From sequence record PZ452583.1: DNA of 64,000 nucleotides. One strand, given 5' to 3'. The number at the start of each line of letters is the position of its first letter. Within the stretch, counting starts at the first letter, position 1. Position numbers and translations under genes: made by a program. Origin of the DNA: a phage. Shown here piece by piece: positions 48,637 through 58,586 of the stretch. The notes below the pieces were generated by a model. It was not told where the DNA came from. It saw nothing but the letters and a program-made list of their open reading frames with translations, and made no database searches.

Positions 48637-50450
48637 TGGTGTTTAACCCTATGCATGATTTCTTTATTTTTACCGAGATTAAATCCGCGCTCGTTCGGAT
48701 TTCCCAAATAACCACATGTTCTTCTTATGGTATTCATCTTTTTAGGATCAGTTTCTCCACAAATAGAACAAACAAATCCGTTTTCAGTAGGAGTCATTTC
48801 ATGGGTACTTCCGCATGTAAAACACTTATCTACTGGCATGTTAACACCAAAATAATCTAAATGTTGTGCAGCATAATCCCACACGGCCTCAAGACCTTTT
48901 AAGTTATTTTTCATATCAGGAAGTTCAACATAAGAAATGTGACCACCTGTCGCAATGAAATGATATGGTGCTTCACGAGAAATCTTTTCAAACGGAGTAA
49001 CATTTTCTTCTACTGAAACGTGGAAACTGTTAGTGTACCAGCCTTTATCAGTAACATCCTTTACACTTCCATATTTTTCGGTATCAAGTTTACAGAAGCG
49101 ATAACACAAGTTTTCAGCAGGAGTAGAATACAAACTAAAAGCAAATCCGGTTCTTTCAGTCCATTGTTTAAGATGAGTATTCATTTTAGTTAAAATTTCT
49201 TGTCCAATATCACGACCGACAAGAATATTCAATTCGTGAATACCAATGTATCCTAGAGACACTGAACTTCTACCGTTTTTAAATAACTCAATTATGTCGC
49301 CATCAGGTTTAAGACGAACCCCGAATGCACCTTCTTGGTAAAGAATAGGAGCAACAGTTGCTTTAACTCCTTTTAAGGAACTAATTCTACACATCAAAGC
49401 TTCAAAACATAAATCCATTCGTTCATTGAACAATTCAACAAATTTCTGTTCATTGAATTGTGTTCCAATATAAGAATCTAACGCGATGCGAGGAAGATTC
49501 AATGTTACAACACCAAGATTATTACGTCCATCAAGAATTTCATTGCCAGTCGAATCTTTCCATACGCTCAAGAAACTACGGCAACCCATCGGAGAAACAG
49601 GAACAGATGAACCAGTGATAGCTTTATTGTTCTTAGCTGAAATAATATCAGGATACATCCTTTTGCTTGCACACTCTAGAGCAAGCTGCTTAATATCATA
49701 GTTCGGATCATCTTTATAAAGATTAACACCTTCTTCGACGAACATAACAAGCTTAGGGAAAATAGGAGTTATCCCATCACGACCGAGACCTTTAATACGA
49801 TTTTTCAGAATTGCTTTCTGAATCATTCGTTCAGTCCAGTCAGTTCCCGTACCAAATGTAATTGTTACAAAAGGAGTCTGTCCGTTTGAACTAAAGAGAG
49901 TATTTACTTCATATTCATACGCTTGGAATGCATCGTATACATCTTTTTCTGTTTTAGATTGAGCATAATTTAACGCATCAGCGATTTGCCATTTTTCTGC
50001 ATCCTCAATATGTTTTGCATAGGTGCGTTTAACATAAGGAGAAAGTACTTTATCTACATTAGCAAAAGTCGTTCCGCCATATTGATGGGAAGCAACTTGC
50101 GCAGTAATTTGTGCCATAATTGCAGTAGCAACACCGATTGATTTAGGAGTTTCAATCTGCGCATTACCAAGCTTAAATCCTTTCTCAAGCATTCCTTTTA
50201 AATCTACTAAACAACAATTAGTAAATGGAAGAGCAGGGGAATAATCAATATCGTGGAAATGGATAATTCCGCTTTCATGCGCTTTCATAATAAAAGACGG
50301 GACCATATTTTTGGCAATGTGTTTAGACACAATACCAGCCATAAGGTCCCGTTGAGTTGGAAAAACACGAGAATCTTTATTAGCATTCTCGTTTAAAAGG
50401 TCTTTATTAGTTTTATGAATCAATCCTTCAATTTCTTTTTCAATTGTCAT
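48633..50450 (-). CDS. nrdD: NrdD, anaerobic ribonucleotide reductase
   Basis: 605 aa continuous ORF; C-terminal zinc-ribbon cysteines and glycyl-radical region (RTCGYLG); no intron. Confidence 0.93.
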   Translation of the reverse strand: MTIEKEIEGLIHKTNKDLLNENANKDSRVFPTQRDLMAGIVSKHIAKNMVPSFIMKAHESGIIHFHDIDYSPALPFTNCCLVDLKGMLEKGFKLGNAQIETPKSIGVATAIMAQITAQVASHQYGGTTFANVDKVLSPYVKRTYAKHIEDAEKWQIADALNYAQSKTEKDVYDAFQAYEYEVNTLFSSNGQTPFVTITFGTGTDWTERMIQKAILKNRIKGLGRDGITPIFPKLVMFVEEGVNLYKDDPNYDIKQLALECASKRMYPDIISAKNNKAITGSSVPVSPMGCRSFLSVWKDSTGNEILDGRNNLGVVTLNLPRIALDSYIGTQFNEQKFVELFNERMDLCFEALMCRISSLKGVKATVAPILYQEGAFGVRLKPDGDIIELFKNGRSSVSLGYIGIHELNILVGRDIGQEILTKMNTHLKQWTERTGFAFSLYSTPAENLCYRFCKLDTEKYGSVKDVTDKGWYTNSFHVSVEENVTPFEKISREAPYHFIATGGHISYVELPDMKNNLKGLEAVWDYAAQHLDYFGVNMPVDKCFTCGSTHEMTPTENGFVCSICGETDPKKMNTIRRTCGYLGNPNERGFNLGKNKEIMHRVKHQ

Positions 50451-50920
50451 TTTAAACTCTTTCTAAGCTGCTTCTTAAATGAAGCTATTAATTGTGTTTT
50501 AGTGTCAGATTCATTATATTCAAATCCTCTTTGAAGCATCTCAGCCATCATTTCCTCTTTTCCTAAACGAGAAAATTCCTTTGATTTATCTCCAACAAAG
50601 TTAGGGTGAATATTATTTTGGGTGTAATCGGATTTTAAATAAGTAAGTAAATTTTCTAACCATTCAAGATAATCAACACCTTGCCCCTTTAAGCCAGAAC
50701 GATTAAATTTATGTTTCATTTGACCTTCTGCGGCATTGCAGAGATTACAAAGCAATCCACGTACCTTTCCTGCTTTTGGTCCATTTAATTCATGGTCATG
50801 ATCAAGATGATTAGCTTGAACATCAGGATTTAGTTCTCGTTGGCAAATTAAACATTTACCATTTTGTGCATCATAAAATTTCTGTTTTTCTTCTTTATAT
50901 AATTTGCCAGTCAATAACAT
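50447..50920 (-). CDS. 49: gp49 endonuclease VII
   Basis: 157 aa as T4 gp49; zinc-binding cysteines and HNH-like core (CLICQRE...HLDHDH...CNLCN). Confidence 0.85.
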   Translation of the reverse strand: MLLTGKLYKEEKQKFYDAQNGKCLICQRELNPDVQANHLDHDHELNGPKAGKVRGLLCNLCNAAEGQMKHKFNRSGLKGQGVDYLEWLENLLTYLKSDYTQNNIHPNFVGDKSKEFSRLGKEEMMAEMLQRGFEYNESDTKTQLIASFKKQLRKSLK

Positions 50921-50961
50921 AATAAACCCTTACCTTAAATAGATAAGGGTATTTATTATTT

Positions 50962-51447
50962 TCAAGTATTGTAAAACACTTGATTCAATCGCTTATATTG
51001 CCGAATCTTTTGGTCAGAAAAAGAAATTTGGGTTTCAAGCCATTCAATATATTCTGCCGCAGCTTGCATCAAATTTCCTTCATAGCCATCGTTATTTTCT
51101 TGTGCAGCTAATTTAGCTAATGCATATGAAATACGTTCACCTTGAAAATCGGCTTTAGGCTTCTGAACAACTTGATTAGTTCTATCTACAACTTCTTCAA
51201 TTTCGCCATTTTCTACTGATTCAGTATTCCACAAGCACCAATACGTAATTGGCTTATCGTAGATGTTAATAATCTTTCCATCAGAAAGTTCAATTTCAAT
51301 AATTCCAGTATCAGGCTCTATATCATCTTCACATTCTTTTGCAAGTTCACGAACTTTAAAGACAGTACCTGCACTAAGTTCCGGCCAGTAATTACACAGC
51401 CCTGTATCAGCACGATTAATTCTAAACCACTTATCTACTGTAATCAT
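50962..51447 (-). CDS. pin: Pin-position protein (protease inhibitor)
   Basis: 161 aa from ATG 51445-51447, the length of T4 Pin; next to gene 49; identity by synteny. Confidence 0.55.
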   Translation of the reverse strand: MITVDKWFRINRADTGLCNYWPELSAGTVFKVRELAKECEDDIEPDTGIIEIELSDGKIINIYDKPITYWCLWNTESVENGEIEEVVDRTNQVVQKPKADFQGERISYALAKLAAQENNDGYEGNLMQAAAEYIEWLETQISFSDQKIRQYKRLNQVFYNT

Positions 51448-51570
51448 GTCCCATCTCCATATCAATTAAGTCATTTATCGTTGGTTCATTATATATTGTT
51501 TCTTCATCAGTGTAAACCGGTTCTTCCGGCTCTGGCTCTACAGTTTCCCATCTAGCCGCCCACCAAGGTT

Positions 51571-51891
51571 TTATAGCGTAATCCATTCTCGTACTGTCTG
51601 AGTTACTACACGTTCACGGGGCTCGACTAGTTCAACAGTCGGAACTGCATAATACCAATCAGAATGATAAGAACCTGACCGAGATTCATTTACAGCCACA
51701 TGTACATTATGTTTTGGACTAAAGTAAACACACTGACGATATTGACATTTACCATCTTGCACCCAGTCTTCTATTTCGACAGGTTTAAGATAATCGGAAA
51801 AATCGAAATCATAGTTTTCCGAAAATGCATCATGGTCTTCAATGATTTCGCTCAGAACTGCATCAACATCTAATTTATTTTCAATAGTCAT
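51571..51891 (-). CDS. hypothetical protein (106 aa)
   Basis: ORF track; ATG 51889-51891. Confidence 0.45.
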   Translation of the reverse strand: MTIENKLDVDAVLSEIIEDHDAFSENYDFDFSDYLKPVEIEDWVQDGKCQYRQCVYFSPKHNVHVAVNESRSGSYHSDWYYAVPTVELVEPRERVVTQTVREWITL

Positions 51892-51901
51892 TTTTCACCA
51901 A

Positions 51902-52072
51902 TTAATTTCGCAATTTATTAAGTTCTTCATCATCAATCCAGGATTCTAGTCCTGATGGCAGGTCACATTCAATTTCCCAAAGAAGTTCTTCAATTTTCTG
52001 AAGACGATCTAGTTCTTCGGCTGGAATAGTAACCATTGACGGAGCTCGTGATACATTAATATCGTAAATCAT
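51902..52072 (-). CDS. small acidic protein (56 aa)
   Basis: ATG 52070-52072; MIYDINVSRAPSMVTIPAEELDRLQKIEELLWEIE...; too short for ORF track. Confidence 0.3.
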   Translation of the reverse strand: MIYDINVSRAPSMVTIPAEELDRLQKIEELLWEIECDLPSGLESWIDDEELNKLRN

Positions 52073-52074
52073 AT

Positions 52075-52290
52075 TTACCCCAATTTAACCATACAATCGC
52101 CGTATTTCCACTTAGAAATAGACTTTTCACCATTAGAATAATAAACTTCGAGTTTAGCACGATTATTTTTAATTTGAATAACCTTGGCTGTCATCAAAGT
52201 TCCATACCCATAATAAACTGCAACTTCATCACCTACATATACCGCGCTTCCGCGGTAATCATGAATATAGTCATTTCCTTCGAGCATCAT
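52075..52290 (-). CDS. hypothetical protein (71 aa)
   Basis: ORF track; overlaps nrdC stop. Confidence 0.5.
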   Translation of the reverse strand: MMLEGNDYIHDYRGSAVYVGDEVAVYYGYGTLMTAKVIQIKNNRAKLEVYYSNGEKSISKWKYGDCMVKLG

Positions 52291-52550
52291 TTAAAATATT
52301 CTCGCAGCTGGTCAAATCCACCAATATGACTTCCATCAGGAGCAAATACCTGGGGCATTGTCAAGCCGATTTGAGTATCACGACCTAGTTTAGTCAGAAG
52401 CTCAGCGATTTTCTCATCATCAAAAACACCTTTTTCCGGCATAATGTTGATAAATTCAAACGGCTGTTTCTTCACGGTCAAAAGACGTTTTGCATTATCG
52501 CAATACACACATTTATGAATGTTGCTATCATAACCATATACTTTAAACAT
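52287..52550 (-). CDS. nrdC: NrdC thioredoxin/glutaredoxin
   Basis: 87 aa as T4 NrdC; CVYC active site; SD AAGGAATAAT. Confidence 0.8.
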   Translation of the reverse strand: MFKVYGYDSNIHKCVYCDNAKRLLTVKKQPFEFINIMPEKGVFDDEKIAELLTKLGRDTQIGLTMPQVFAPDGSHIGGFDQLREYFK

Positions 52551-52551
52551 A

Positions 52552-52794
52552 TTATTCCTTAATTCCTAGTACTTGTTTAAAAGTCTCGTCGTAATCAAGA
52601 CTTTGGCCCGTTTGTTCTTTATGTTTGTATATAATATCACTTACTTCTGATAGCATATTTTTATATGAACGAGTTAAAGCAGATTTAAGCACGCTGTATC
52701 TATCAGGAAATTTACCATGTTCATTATAATAAGCTATTGCTAATTCACGGACTGCCTTTTCAGCAGCCTCCATATATTCTTTACGCTTGGTCAT
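52552..52794 (-). CDS. hypothetical protein (80 aa)
   Basis: ORF track; ATG 52792-52794. Confidence 0.5.
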   Translation of the reverse strand: MTKRKEYMEAAEKAVRELAIAYYNEHGKFPDRYSVLKSALTRSYKNMLSEVSDIIYKHKEQTGQSLDYDETFKQVLGIKE

Positions 52795-52796
52795 TT

Positions 52797-53186
52797 TTAA
52801 TCCAAAATATTATTAGGCATTGGTTGAACACTCACAAGTTCTTTAAAGAACTCAGTAGAGTCAGGCAATTTAACCATTTCCGGAGCATGCTTACTGAATT
52901 TATGTTTACATTGACGGCATTTATATTCAAGCTCTGGTTTACGCCAGTTAATCAATTGAACTTGTTCAGTACCGCATTCAGGGCAATTAGGAACGTTTTT
53001 AGAAGCTCTTTCACGTCGTTCAACCATAGCCATAATAGCATCCCATGCTGGAGGTTTAAAATCTAAATCGTCGCAGCCGTGAATCTTTCCACGCATTTCC
53101 ATATCATCTTCCTCACCAGCCATAATAATTTTAATTAAACTAGAATTACTTGAAGCTGCAATGTCTTCTAATAAACGCTTTTTCAT
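52797..53186 (-). CDS. hypothetical zinc-ribbon protein (129 aa)
   Basis: CPECG-x20-CRQC motif. Confidence 0.5.
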   Translation of the reverse strand: MKKRLLEDIAASSNSSLIKIIMAGEEDDMEMRGKIHGCDDLDFKPPAWDAIMAMVERRERASKNVPNCPECGTEQVQLINWRKPELEYKCRQCKHKFSKHAPEMVKLPDSTEFFKELVSVQPMPNNILD

Positions 53187-54112
53187 TTCAATACCTCAAT
53201 AGCATTACGTAAACCATTTGCTTTTGCATTAAGAGCTTTTAACAATTTGGTGTGTTCTGCAATTTGGGCTTCAACTTCAATCAAACGGGCATTGAGATAT
53301 TCACGTTCTTCACTCAGATTATCAACCTTTTCTACTTTAGGCTCTTTTACAACTGTCTTATATGTATTAGGGTTCTTCAGTTTAATTAGAATGCGTGAAC
53401 TGTATAACATTGAACCATTATCTTCGGTTTCGTCATACATTTCCACTACGTCCATAATTTTTAACATCATGCGGAGTTTATAAGACAACGAACGAATAGT
53501 TTTGTTGTGCTTATTAATTTCTTTAGCTGTCATGGTGCCAAGATTACGTGAGTAATAATAAGGAACCTGGATATTAATTAATACTGATGAACCACCTGGC
53601 TTGTGTGTTACTTCATCAGCAATAACCCAGTCCTTAACATGAACTGTATTTGTACGGTCATCGCCCGCGGTAAATAGTTTGCGAGCATGCTTAAAAAGCA
53701 TATTCACTTGGTCATTGAATTGACAAGCAAATTTATCAGCAAATTTAGTTTCAGGAATGGTAGAAAACCAATCAGCCAAATGAGTCTTTTTAACATCATT
53801 AACAATAGTAAATTCAACCAAATCGGTTATAGATGTCTCAGATTTAATGAAGCTCGGCTTCATAAAGTTTTTAATGTTCTCATGAGCTACAGTAGAAGAT
53901 AACATACGAGAACGTTTAAACCATTCAAGCAAATTGCCTAACGAATGAGAATAAGCGTTTTGAGTATCTTTACAGATATGATTTTCCTGACCAACATATT
54001 GAAGGAAATCACGAAGAATATTATTGATTACTGCTCTGTGCCCGATCTGATAATTACGGTGTTTAGTAATAAGACTGTCAAAATAATCAATATAATGTTT
54101 ACGAGTTTTCAT
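53183..54112 (-). CDS. hypothetical protein with C-terminal coiled coil (309 aa), tandem array member A
   Basis: C-terminal heptad-like segment [39 protein letters not shown]. Confidence 0.55.
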   Translation of the reverse strand: MKTRKHYIDYFDSLITKHRNYQIGHRAVINNILRDFLQYVGQENHICKDTQNAYSHSLGNLLEWFKRSRMLSSTVAHENIKNFMKPSFIKSETSITDLVEFTIVNDVKKTHLADWFSTIPETKFADKFACQFNDQVNMLFKHARKLFTAGDDRTNTVHVKDWVIADEVTHKPGGSSVLINIQVPYYYSRNLGTMTAKEINKHNKTIRSLSYKLRMMLKIMDVVEMYDETEDNGSMLYSSRILIKLKNPNTYKTVVKEPKVEKVDNLSEEREYLNARLIEVEAQIAEHTKLLKALNAKANGLRNAIEVLK

Positions 54113-54164
54113 ATTCTTCTCACTTGGTTAATGGTTTATACTCCGAGCCATCCTTGGCTTTAAA

Positions 54165-55166
54165 TTACTTAATTAACTGTAAAGCTTGTTCAAGACGATC
54201 AAGACGATTAACAGATTCTTCCCAAATCCTTTTAGCCTGCTCATATTCTTTCTGCGCTTTATTAGAAATTTCTAGAACTTCTTTATAAGCTTTTTCTAGT
54301 GCAATAACTTCTGGACGAATTTCTACCGGTTCAGGTGAATCGTCAAGATTATCCATTAGTTCCTCAAGGGTAGTTTCTTCTTTAGAAGTATTCACAATTT
54401 CCTCACATTTTTGTTGATAAATTTCTTTATCAGTAGGTGAATAAGCACATTTCACTTCACGAAGACTAATTACAATTTTATATCCTTCCCATCCGCATAT
54501 ATTCTTAAAAGGATATGTATGAATATTTTCTACTGTTTCCATACAAAGTAGTGCAGTCTCTAATTGTCGAGTTATATCACTAGCAATTGAGAAAAATTTA
54601 TTAATATTCTTTTGGTTAGCGTTTGGTGTAAAAAATCCATAATTCACAAAAATAGCTACTTTATTTTCATCAAGCTCATATTCTTTTACGATAATCATAT
54701 CAGAAGCCAAAGGATGAATTTGACGATAATCGCCATAACATAATTTAGAAGCTGATTTTAGAATTTGTCCTTTGAAAAGTCTGAAATTACTAATCCAACG
54801 ACGAGTAAAAATATTCTCAGGGTCTTCTTTATTATTAAGATGATAAGAATTAACATCACCGAACCAATTATATCCTACTACATCTTTAGTTCGTTTAATT
54901 TCTTTCCCAAATTTACTAAGAATATCTCTGTTGACTAAGTATGAAAGAAGACGAGACCCTTTAAAGGTTTTCTTAATGTCATCTTTATCTGTACGACTAG
55001 AAATTTCACGAACTTCATGAATAAATTTGCCGGAAGAAACAATACTTGCATTAGTATTATTGAGCCATTGATTGATAATAGAAATCACACTATTCTTACT
55101 AGACATAGGTTTAACTTTATCATCAATAACGCTGTTGAACGATTTAATATATTCGTTGCGAGTCAT
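54165..55166 (-). CDS. hypothetical protein with C-terminal coiled coil (about 333 aa), member B
   Basis: ATG 55164-55166 with SD GAGGAGATTAAT; C-terminus ...KEYEQAKRIWEESVNRLDRLEQALQLIK. Confidence 0.55.
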   Translation of the reverse strand: MTRNEYIKSFNSVIDDKVKPMSSKNSVISIINQWLNNTNASIVSSGKFIHEVREISSRTDKDDIKKTFKGSRLLSYLVNRDILSKFGKEIKRTKDVVGYNWFGDVNSYHLNNKEDPENIFTRRWISNFRLFKGQILKSASKLCYGDYRQIHPLASDMIIVKEYELDENKVAIFVNYGFFTPNANQKNINKFFSIASDITRQLETALLCMETVENIHTYPFKNICGWEGYKIVISLREVKCAYSPTDKEIYQQKCEEIVNTSKEETTLEELMDNLDDSPEPVEIRPEVIALEKAYKEVLEISNKAQKEYEQAKRIWEESVNRLDRLEQALQLIK

Positions 55167-55194
55167 ATTAATCTCCTCAGTAGAAAGTAAGAAC

Positions 55195-55224
55195 ATTATA
55201 CCACATCCTTGTGGCAAAGTAAAC
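55195..55224 (-). promoter_or_regulatory. early promoter
   Basis: GTTTAC (+55219-55224), 18-nt spacer ending TGG, TATAAT (+55195-55200); -35 overlaps upstream gene stop. Confidence 0.6.
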
Positions 55225-56228
55225 TAGTTCAGTGCATTTAGTGCATTGTTCAATTTAGAACGTTGCTTCGTGAGATTTTTTACTTTTTCTTGAGCTTTTT
55301 CTAGCATCTTTTCAGCTTCTAACACTTCATTAGTTGCTTTAACGAGTTCATCATCTACTGCCTTAAGGGACTTCTCAATCGCATCCGCGTGCCATTTTTC
55401 AACAGGTTTAAGACTCGGATTTTCAACAGGAAGAAAATTCACTTTATTGAATTTCCATGCATCTTTATTACCTGAACTATACATCCAAAATTTAGGATCG
55501 TTTGATGAGTAATTAGTTTGGGGTTCAGGTTTTTTCTCTTGTGTAACTTCGTCCTTTCTCAAAAAATCATATTTAAATGAAACGATCATATCAAGTTCAT
55601 ATGTTGTCGTATCTAATTTAAATCGTTCGAAATGCTGCGAAATCTTAGATTGAACAGCATCAACAACATCCATATACTTAAATGCTTCTGTCAACTGTGA
55701 TTTAAGGCATTCACAAATTGAAAGAGAATTTTTTGTATTAGGTTTAAAGCTAATTCGTGCAGTTCTATTATTTTCTTTTAACGGTCTTACTTCCATCTGA
55801 AGAGTATAACCATCAAATTTCAGATTCTTTAAGTTAATATCAGAACCTTTTAATCGACTAGCCGTAGACAAAATTTGCTTTAATTGTTTACGGAATAGAG
55901 CAATAAATCTCCATTCAAGACGATAATGATTTGGATTAAAAAATCCTGTTGATAAATCAACCTTACTCTGACCAACGCCTTGAACAAATAGAGGATTTTT
56001 ATAATCAATAGTTTTACAGAAATCGGTGAGCTGCTCACGAGCAGTCATTTGAGTAATATACCCTGCTTCATTAAAATGACGTAACCATTCACTGCTATTC
56101 ATATACTTAAAGTGAATATCACGATTAACTTTATCAGGGTCTAAATTATTTTGGCACAAAAATGTCATAACATTACGGGTATAGCTGGCATTACGAACCA
56201 TATCTTCAATTTGAGAACGAGTTTTCAT
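55224..56228 (-). CDS. hypothetical protein with C-terminal coiled coil (334 aa), member C
   Basis: SD AAGGAACAC; C-terminus ...AEKMLEKAQEKVKNLTKQRSKLNNALNALN. Confidence 0.55.
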   Translation of the reverse strand: MKTRSQIEDMVRNASYTRNVMTFLCQNNLDPDKVNRDIHFKYMNSSEWLRHFNEAGYITQMTAREQLTDFCKTIDYKNPLFVQGVGQSKVDLSTGFFNPNHYRLEWRFIALFRKQLKQILSTASRLKGSDINLKNLKFDGYTLQMEVRPLKENNRTARISFKPNTKNSLSICECLKSQLTEAFKYMDVVDAVQSKISQHFERFKLDTTTYELDMIVSFKYDFLRKDEVTQEKKPEPQTNYSSNDPKFWMYSSGNKDAWKFNKVNFLPVENPSLKPVEKWHADAIEKSLKAVDDELVKATNEVLEAEKMLEKAQEKVKNLTKQRSKLNNALNALN

Positions 56229-56236
56229 AGTGTTCC

Positions 56237-57124
56237 TTAAGATTTAAGTAAATCAACAATTTTAATTAATTTTTCACGCTCAGATTTAGCTTTACTACTC
56301 AATCCAGATAGTCTGAAAATTTCATCGTCATACTGTTGAATAGAAATATTCAGCTCTTCAATTTGCTTATTAAAATAATCAATTTGTTCAGAATGTTTTT
56401 CGTTACTACGAACTGGTACAGGTTTTGTAGGAAATTTAGTTAAACTGGATTCATCCGGGCGATAAATTAAAATGCAATTTGAACCAATCGAGCATTTAGC
56501 ACCAGATGAATATTCTAACGTTCCAGCTTCTTTTAAAACTTCAAAAGCTAAACAGAGATGATGCCCCATATTAACATAATCAGTAGAGCGAGCTCTGATA
56601 TAATAATCATCGCCGCGAATACTAAATTTAAAGCATTTAAGGTCTTCTGTATTATTGGTCTTAAAAATCATTTGTTTATCTAGACCTTTAGCTAATCGAG
56701 CGCCTAATGCTAATAATCGTCGTTGATTTTCCCACAAATCTGCGATCATTTGGTCAAATGATAATTTCGGCATTAGTCGACCGTAAAGATCATAGCCTTT
56801 ATTATAATTGCGAAGAATTTCACTTGCATTAATACGAGACAATGCTCCAATTTTATTAAGGGCTTTCATAATGCGATTAGATAAACCCATTCCAGACCCG
56901 TTTGTTCGCTGTAAATGTTTTTCTAATCCAAATCCAATATCAACTTTAAACTTATCTAAAATTTCTGCATGAACATCTCTGTCAATAACATTCAAATCCA
57001 AAGTTGGGTTAAATCTATGAAAAAATTTATCTGGCTCTCCACGACGAAGTACAGTCCATTCATTCAATTTTTTATTAACTAAAGATTTAATTACTGCATT
57101 GACATTATTAATTACTACTGACAT
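56237..57124 (-). CDS. hypothetical protein with C-terminal coiled coil (about 295 aa), member D
   Basis: ATG 57122-57124 with SD GAGGAAAAT; C-terminus ...QQYDDEIFRLSGLSSKAKSEREKLIKIVDLLKS. Confidence 0.55.
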   Translation of the reverse strand: MSVVINNVNAVIKSLVNKKLNEWTVLRRGEPDKFFHRFNPTLDLNVIDRDVHAEILDKFKVDIGFGLEKHLQRTNGSGMGLSNRIMKALNKIGALSRINASEILRNYNKGYDLYGRLMPKLSFDQMIADLWENQRRLLALGARLAKGLDKQMIFKTNNTEDLKCFKFSIRGDDYYIRARSTDYVNMGHHLCLAFEVLKEAGTLEYSSGAKCSIGSNCILIYRPDESSLTKFPTKPVPVRSNEKHSEQIDYFNKQIEELNISIQQYDDEIFRLSGLSSKAKSEREKLIKIVDLLKS

Positions 57125-57131
57125 ATTTTCC

Positions 57132-57539
57132 TCACTCAATTTCAATTTTACTAAATACGCAGAATATGATGGAAAAGACTATATAAGCACCGCATACAGA
57201 TTGAACTAATACCATTCCAAAGAACCAAACAATATTATCAAACAATGTCTGTTTTACGTCGAAAGGACGTAAACTTACAGTAATATTATCGCCTTTTTCT
57301 ATTGATGAATACATCTCTGGGGAAATATATTCGCTAAATCTATAACCGTCTTTGAGTTCATATACGGCAATAAACGATAAACTAGACCCCTTTCCTTGAG
57401 TTCCTGTAAGGGTATTAACTACAGTAACATCATAATCTTTATAATGCATATAATCATTAATTGCGTAATAACCATATGCAACTACTACGCATAAACAACA
57501 TATCAATAAATTCAATCTTTTAATTATCAACTGTTTCAT
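57132..57539 (-). CDS. membrane protein (135 aa)
   Basis: N-terminal and C-terminal hydrophobic segments. Confidence 0.5.
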   Translation of the reverse strand: MKQLIIKRLNLLICCLCVVVAYGYYAINDYMHYKDYDVTVVNTLTGTQGKGSSLSFIAVYELKDGYRFSEYISPEMYSSIEKGDNITVSLRPFDVKQTLFDNIVWFFGMVLVQSVCGAYIVFSIIFCVFSKIEIE

Positions 57540-57594
57540 AATAATCTCAATTAAAAGGGCTTAGAACCATTATACCATCCTTGGTATAAAGCGG

Positions 57595-58122
57595 TTATGC
57601 GAGTACCGTCTTTAACCGTTCTTCAAACTTCCGAAGAGTATTCTGGCGTTCAGCTCTTTGCTTTTTGTAAGTTTCAATACGCTCTGAAATGAGAGTGTAT
57701 CGTTCATTTACTGATTCTTTCATAAAATCAGGAATTTCACGAGAAGCTTTAATCTCGTCAAATTTATCAATAACAGCTTGCTCTTCAGCAATTAAGTTAT
57801 CATACATCAAAATATCTTTCTTGATGAACTCAATATCTTCTTGAGTTACACGAGATAATTTAGATGCTTTATCCTTTTTGTACTGTTCGTTAGTATCACG
57901 AGACCAGTGTAATGTACGATTTTTATTCGTATTCTTGTAAATTTCTACAATACCAATCTCATCGATAATAACGATCCAATTCCAACGGGATTTGTAAATT
58001 TGTCCTCCATCAACCGTGATTTCACCACCGATTGAGACATCATTAAAGAACTTGCTTTGAGCTTCAGATTTAAATTTACCATCATTGTAGTTTACCAAGT
58101 TGAAAATATCTTTAGCATTCAT
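57595..58122 (-). CDS. hypothetical protein (about 175 aa)
   Basis: start MNAKDIF... after SD GGAGGAACAG; ORF-track extension is translated leader. Confidence 0.5.
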   Translation of the reverse strand: MNAKDIFNLVNYNDGKFKSEAQSKFFNDVSIGGEITVDGGQIYKSRWNWIVIIDEIGIVEIYKNTNKNRTLHWSRDTNEQYKKDKASKLSRVTQEDIEFIKKDILMYDNLIAEEQAVIDKFDEIKASREIPDFMKESVNERYTLISERIETYKKQRAERQNTLRKFEERLKTVLA

Positions 58123-58150
58123 TTTCTGTTCCTCCGTAGTTGATAGTTGT

Positions 58151-58180
58151 ATAATACCACAGAGGAACAGTCTTGTAAAC
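58151..58180 (-). promoter_or_regulatory. early promoter plus conserved leader
   Basis: GTTTAC (+58175-58180), 18-nt spacer ending TGG, TATTAT (+58151-58156). Confidence 0.55.
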
Positions 58181-58182
58181 AA

Positions 58183-58485
58183 CTAAAAGAAACTTCTTTC
58201 ACAATTTTTTCCACTGAACCAAGCGCTCACTGCTTTCTTAGTCTCAGGAGCAGTGTTATCCATAAACCATTCAAAGGCAGCCTTTTTATGATTCTGGAGG
58301 GCTTCTCGGGCTTTAATCTGCTCACGGTCTATTAACACTAACATATGAGCCTTTCTTGTCACCAAGGGCTTCTTATGATTTTTTGAATACTCCCAATCAT
58401 TTGTCCAACGCATTGTCGTTGCGAACTGATGAACCGCGTCTTTAATTTTAGTTTCATAAATTTCACGAGCTTTTGAGTATAACAT
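58183..58485 (-). CDS. hypothetical protein (about 100 aa)
   Basis: ATG 58483-58485 with SD GGAGGT. Confidence 0.5.
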   Translation of the reverse strand: MLYSKAREIYETKIKDAVHQFATTMRWTNDWEYSKNHKKPLVTRKAHMLVLIDREQIKAREALQNHKKAAFEWFMDNTAPETKKAVSAWFSGKNCERSFF

Positions 58486-58586
58486 CTTTACCTCCATTTA
58501 CTAGTTTAATTCTAGTCATCTTTTTAATGGCAGTCCATATAATCTATTTCTGAACTGCCTTTTTGTCTTAGAAGTCCTCTTATGAA

